NCBI GenBank assembly: GCA_030691505.1
Contig: JAUYEG010000081.1
Location: 62,738 to 126,737 of the forward strand
Reading direction: 5' to 3'
Length of the DNA stretch: 64,000 nucleotides
DNA from: Bacillota bacterium
GTDB taxonomy: Bacteria > Bacillota > Sulfobacillia > JAUYEG01
Shown: positions 61,537 to 64,000 of the stretch, piece by piece
Layout: every line of letters starts with the position of its first letter
Numbering within the stretch: the first letter of the stretch is position 1
Made by a program: the position numbers and the translations under genes
Notes under the pieces: generated by a model
Seen by the model: only the letters and a program-made list of their open reading frames with translations
What the model was told of the DNA's origin: nothing
Database searches by the model: none

Positions 61537-62129
61537 GCACTCAACTCGGCGTGTGGATCGCAGCGCTCTGCACGATCTTCATGTACAGCTACCTGTGGCG
61601 GGACAATCCGCTCTTCAAGCTGGGTGAGCACGTGTTCATTGCCATCGGGGCGGCCCACGCCATCGTCATGGGGTATCAGAACATCGTCGAAATGGCCTGG
61701 AGGCCCATGGTCGGAGGCAAAGCCTACATGGTCCTGCCCCTCGTCATGGGGGCCATACTCTACACCCGGTTCTTCAAGCAGGTATCCATGCTGTCCCGCA
61801 TCCCCATCGCCTTCCTGGTGGGGCTGGCAGCCGCCCTGTCCATCCGCGGCGCGCTTGACGCGAGTTTCATCAAACAGGTTGCCAGCACGATGGTGCCGAT
61901 CAAGAACGCCAATGACCTGATCACTATGCTCGGCGTCGTTACGACGATCTCGTACTTCTTCTTTACGGCGACGGCACGCAGCGGGCCGCTGCGTTTCAGC
62001 GCGGAGGTCGGACGCTGGGTCATGATGGTTGCCTTTGGCGCAGCCTTTGGCAACACGGTGATGGCCCGCATGTCACTGGTCATCGGCCGGCTTCAGTTCC
62101 TGTTCGGCCAGTGGATCAAGATCCTCTGA
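61533..62129 (+). CDS. uncharacterised polytopic membrane protein, cluster B gene 4
   Basis: 198 aa with VGRWVMMVAFGAAFGNTVMARMSLVIGRLQFL. Paralog of 54528-55127. Confidence 0.8.
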   Translation: MSTQLGVWIAALCTIFMYSYLWRDNPLFKLGEHVFIAIGAAHAIVMGYQNIVEMAWRPMVGGKAYMVLPLVMGAILYTRFFKQVSMLSRIPIAFLVGLAAALSIRGALDASFIKQVASTMVPIKNANDLITMLGVVTTISYFFFTATARSGPLRFSAEVGRWVMMVAFGAAFGNTVMARMSLVIGRLQFLFGQWIKIL

Positions 62130-62186
62130 TGCGGCCGGCCGGGCCCTGGAGTCAGGCCGGTGAACTGGGATTGACGGCAAGAGACA

Positions 62187-62223
62187 AGAGGCAGGACGGC
62201 GTGCCGTCCTGCCTCTTATCTTC
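62187..62223. terminator. bidirectional rho-independent terminator between cluster B and the convergent deacetylase gene
   Basis: AGAGGCAGGACGG-cgtg-CCGTCCTGCCTCT followed by TATCTTC. An A-rich tract lies on the other side. Confidence 0.6.
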
Positions 62224-63001
62224 GCCGGAAGGCTTCGCCGAAGCCGGTCCCGATGGACCTCCCCGCGGCGCCCGCCCTGCCCACCATCATGGCCGGCTCC
62301 CCACCAAGGAAACCCTGTGTGCGGTGCGCATTCAGGGCATGGATCTTGCCGCTGATTGATGCCGTTATGTCTATGACCGTGTCGGGCCGCCGGGAGTGGA
62401 AAAGCAGCAGGGCAGGGCGCGGTCCGGCCAGCCCATCGAAGATCGCCGCAGCTGCCCGGCCGACTGCCTGATGGTCGGGGTGAACGTACGGGAATTGTGG
62501 ATACCGGGCGTCGAAGGTGATGACGACCTCCGGGTCGACCTGCTCCCATGTCTTGCGGATCAGAGCCTGGAGCTCGTCATGGCCGCGCAATCCCATGTCC
62601 GGCAGCCCGAGCGAGACGACCTGCGAGCACCCCATCCGCAACGCGGCCTCGGCCTGTTCAGCGCGGCGCACCGCGCCGAGGTCCGGATGAACGTCGGGTC
62701 CCCGGCCGCGCTCGCCGTCGGTGGCCAACAGCAACGTGACCTCCGACCCTGCCAAGGCCATACGGATAAGGGTGCCGCCCGTGTACCACTCAACGTCATC
62801 AGGGTGCGCGGCAACGACCAGAACCCTGCGCGGCGTCGAAACCAGTTCCTCGCCGGCCGCCCTGACCAACTCCGGGTCGCCCCTCACTGGCACCGCCCTC
62901 CAATTGATCCCGATGTGGGCCACCCCGGCCAGCAGCGCGACGCCACAAAGCAGCACCAGCGGGTGAGCCCGGCGCTTGGGCACGGCTCCGCGGTTGTGCA
63001 C
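62216..63001 (-). CDS. PIG-L / LmbE-family N-acetylglucosaminyl deacetylase
   Basis: VLVVAAHPDDVEWYTGGTLIRMALAGSEVTLLLATDGERG is the LmbE signature (HPDDxE). The N-terminal hydrophobic segment suggests a membrane anchor or signal peptide. Confidence 0.75.
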   Translation of the reverse strand: MHNRGAVPKRRAHPLVLLCGVALLAGVAHIGINWRAVPVRGDPELVRAAGEELVSTPRRVLVVAAHPDDVEWYTGGTLIRMALAGSEVTLLLATDGERGRGPDVHPDLGAVRRAEQAEAALRMGCSQVVSLGLPDMGLRGHDELQALIRKTWEQVDPEVVITFDARYPQFPYVHPDHQAVGRAAAAIFDGLAGPRPALLLFHSRRPDTVIDITASISGKIHALNAHRTQGFLGGEPAMMVGRAGAAGRSIGTGFGEAFRRR

Positions 63002-63178
63002 GGGTTAGGTCACCTCAGATCGGGCCATCAACCAAACGGATATACGTCATAGGCTGTGCACCCTGCCGGTTGCCGTACGACCGGGATTCGCGGTCCCGGC
63101 GCAAATGCCTCCGGTCCGGTCAATATAGGGGTGCGGCGTGTGCACGGCTAGTATTTGCCAGCCGGAGGGATCGGCGGT

Positions 63179-64000
63179 TTGAGGCAGCGGCTCACTGGAC
63201 TCATCGCCCTTGGGATCGTGGTGCTGATCACGACCGGCGGGCTGGCCGTTGTCCAGCGCCGCGATGCCTCGGCAGCGCTGAAGGCGTTTGTGGACGGATT
63301 GGCGGCCGGCCGGATGGATCTTGCGCGTGCCCAGCTGGCTCCTGGCGTCGCGGCGCCGGAGGATGTTCTGGCGTCGCTCTCCCTGCTGGCGCGGAACACG
63401 GCCCCGCGGATCGACCCCGACGTGCGTGCCGACTGGTCCGCGTTCCTGGCCGCCCGGGAGCTGTCTGTCCCTCTGGTGCAGCCCGAGGACCTGGATTGGA
63501 TCCGCTTTGGCGTGCGCCGCACCGCGGCAGGCTGGAAGGTGGACCGCTTGCCCGATTTGCTTGCCCATCCCGGGGCGCTGCTTACGGTCGGCCCCGGCGG
63601 CGAAACGTCAATATTGATTCATGGCCGTCAGGTGGATATCGCCGGCGCTGGGGCAATCGAGACGGGACGCAGCGTGGGGCTGGCCGTCGTCCGGGCAAGG
63701 CAACTGCTCTCCTTTCAGCCGGCGACGGCGGTGGCTTTGAGCGAATTGCTGCGGGTGGTCCCCGGCCAGCTGGTGGAGACAGAGCGCGAGGGCGCCCTCG
63801 CCGTGGGACCCAACCCCTATTACTACGATGTCACCGGTGAGCCTACCGTCCTGCCGCGCCTCATCCCCGGGAGCACCCGGCTGACAGCCTATCTCTGGCA
63901 GGGGCAGGTTCATGCGGTCACGCAGTCCCAGCCCTTCCGGGCGGAGCGCATCCGCGTGGCGCTCAACACCACCGGGTTCGCCGGACTCGAGCACACGCTC
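63179..64000 (+). CDS. hypothetical membrane-anchored protein (partial, runs off window end)
   Basis: Frame-2 ORF from TTG 63179 (LRQRLTGLIALGIVVLITTGGLAVV...) continues to the window end with no stop. It is absent from the track, presumably because there is no stop. The overlapping track ORF 63070-63840 is an Arg-rich wrong-frame artefact. Confidence 0.4.
   Translation, partial: MRQRLTGLIALGIVVLITTGGLAVVQRRDASAALKAFVDGLAAGRMDLARAQLAPGVAAPEDVLASLSLLARNTAPRIDPDVRADWSAFLAARELSVPLVQPEDLDWIRFGVRRTAAGWKVDRLPDLLAHPGALLTVGPGGETSILIHGRQVDIAGAGAIETGRSVGLAVVRARQLLSFQPATAVALSELLRVVPGQLVETEREGALAVGPNPYYYDVTGEPTVLPRLIPGSTRLTAYLWQGQVHAVTQSQPFRAERIRVALNTTGFAGLEHTL

Noticed and set aside
63070-63840. 256-aa plus-strand ORF from the track
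   Set aside because: It is an Arg-rich wrong-frame translation. The overlapping frame-2 ORF from 63179, which runs off the window end, has a TM helix and a balanced composition and is preferred.

Overview
This is a high-GC (~68%) Firmicutes/Clostridia-type chromosomal segment from a likely spore-former. The conserved gene order (tig-clpP-clpX-lonB-lon; valS-folC-SPOR/SpoIIB-like; maf-radC-mreBCD-mrdA-rodA; SpoIVFA/SpoIVFB-like pair) and a tyrosine phenol-lyase gene are most consistent with a Symbiobacterium-like lineage; this is inference from sequence only. Notable features: (1) a diverged segmental duplication (about 1550-6060 vs 8880-12200) carrying CPBP protease / alpha-beta hydrolase / thioredoxin / MATE-like transporter, with reciprocal frameshift decay and tpl present only in copy 1; (2) a degenerate ger germinant-receptor remnant between the copies; (3) an ECF sigma/anti-sigma pair and a methyltransferase; (4) a lower-GC islet with an array of about nine ~21-bp imperfect palindromes next to a wHTH-DUF559 nuclease-like gene; (5) a D-aminoacylase, a stress protein and four tRNAs (His, Gln, Lys, Leu); (6) the Clp/Lon proteostasis cluster; (7) a hairpin-repeat array followed by the valS T-box leader; (8) the Rnf complex with ApbE and a Gx-transporter-family protein; (9) cell-shape genes; (10) an orphan dpaB; and (11) two paralogous, uncharacterised four-gene membrane-protein operons (52197-55127 and 59268-62129) flanking SpoIVFA/SpoIVFB-like, GntR and M24 genes, at the position where minCD normally lies. 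The last is the best candidate for an undescribed system. Many long antisense ORFs in the six-frame track are high-GC artefacts and were ignored.
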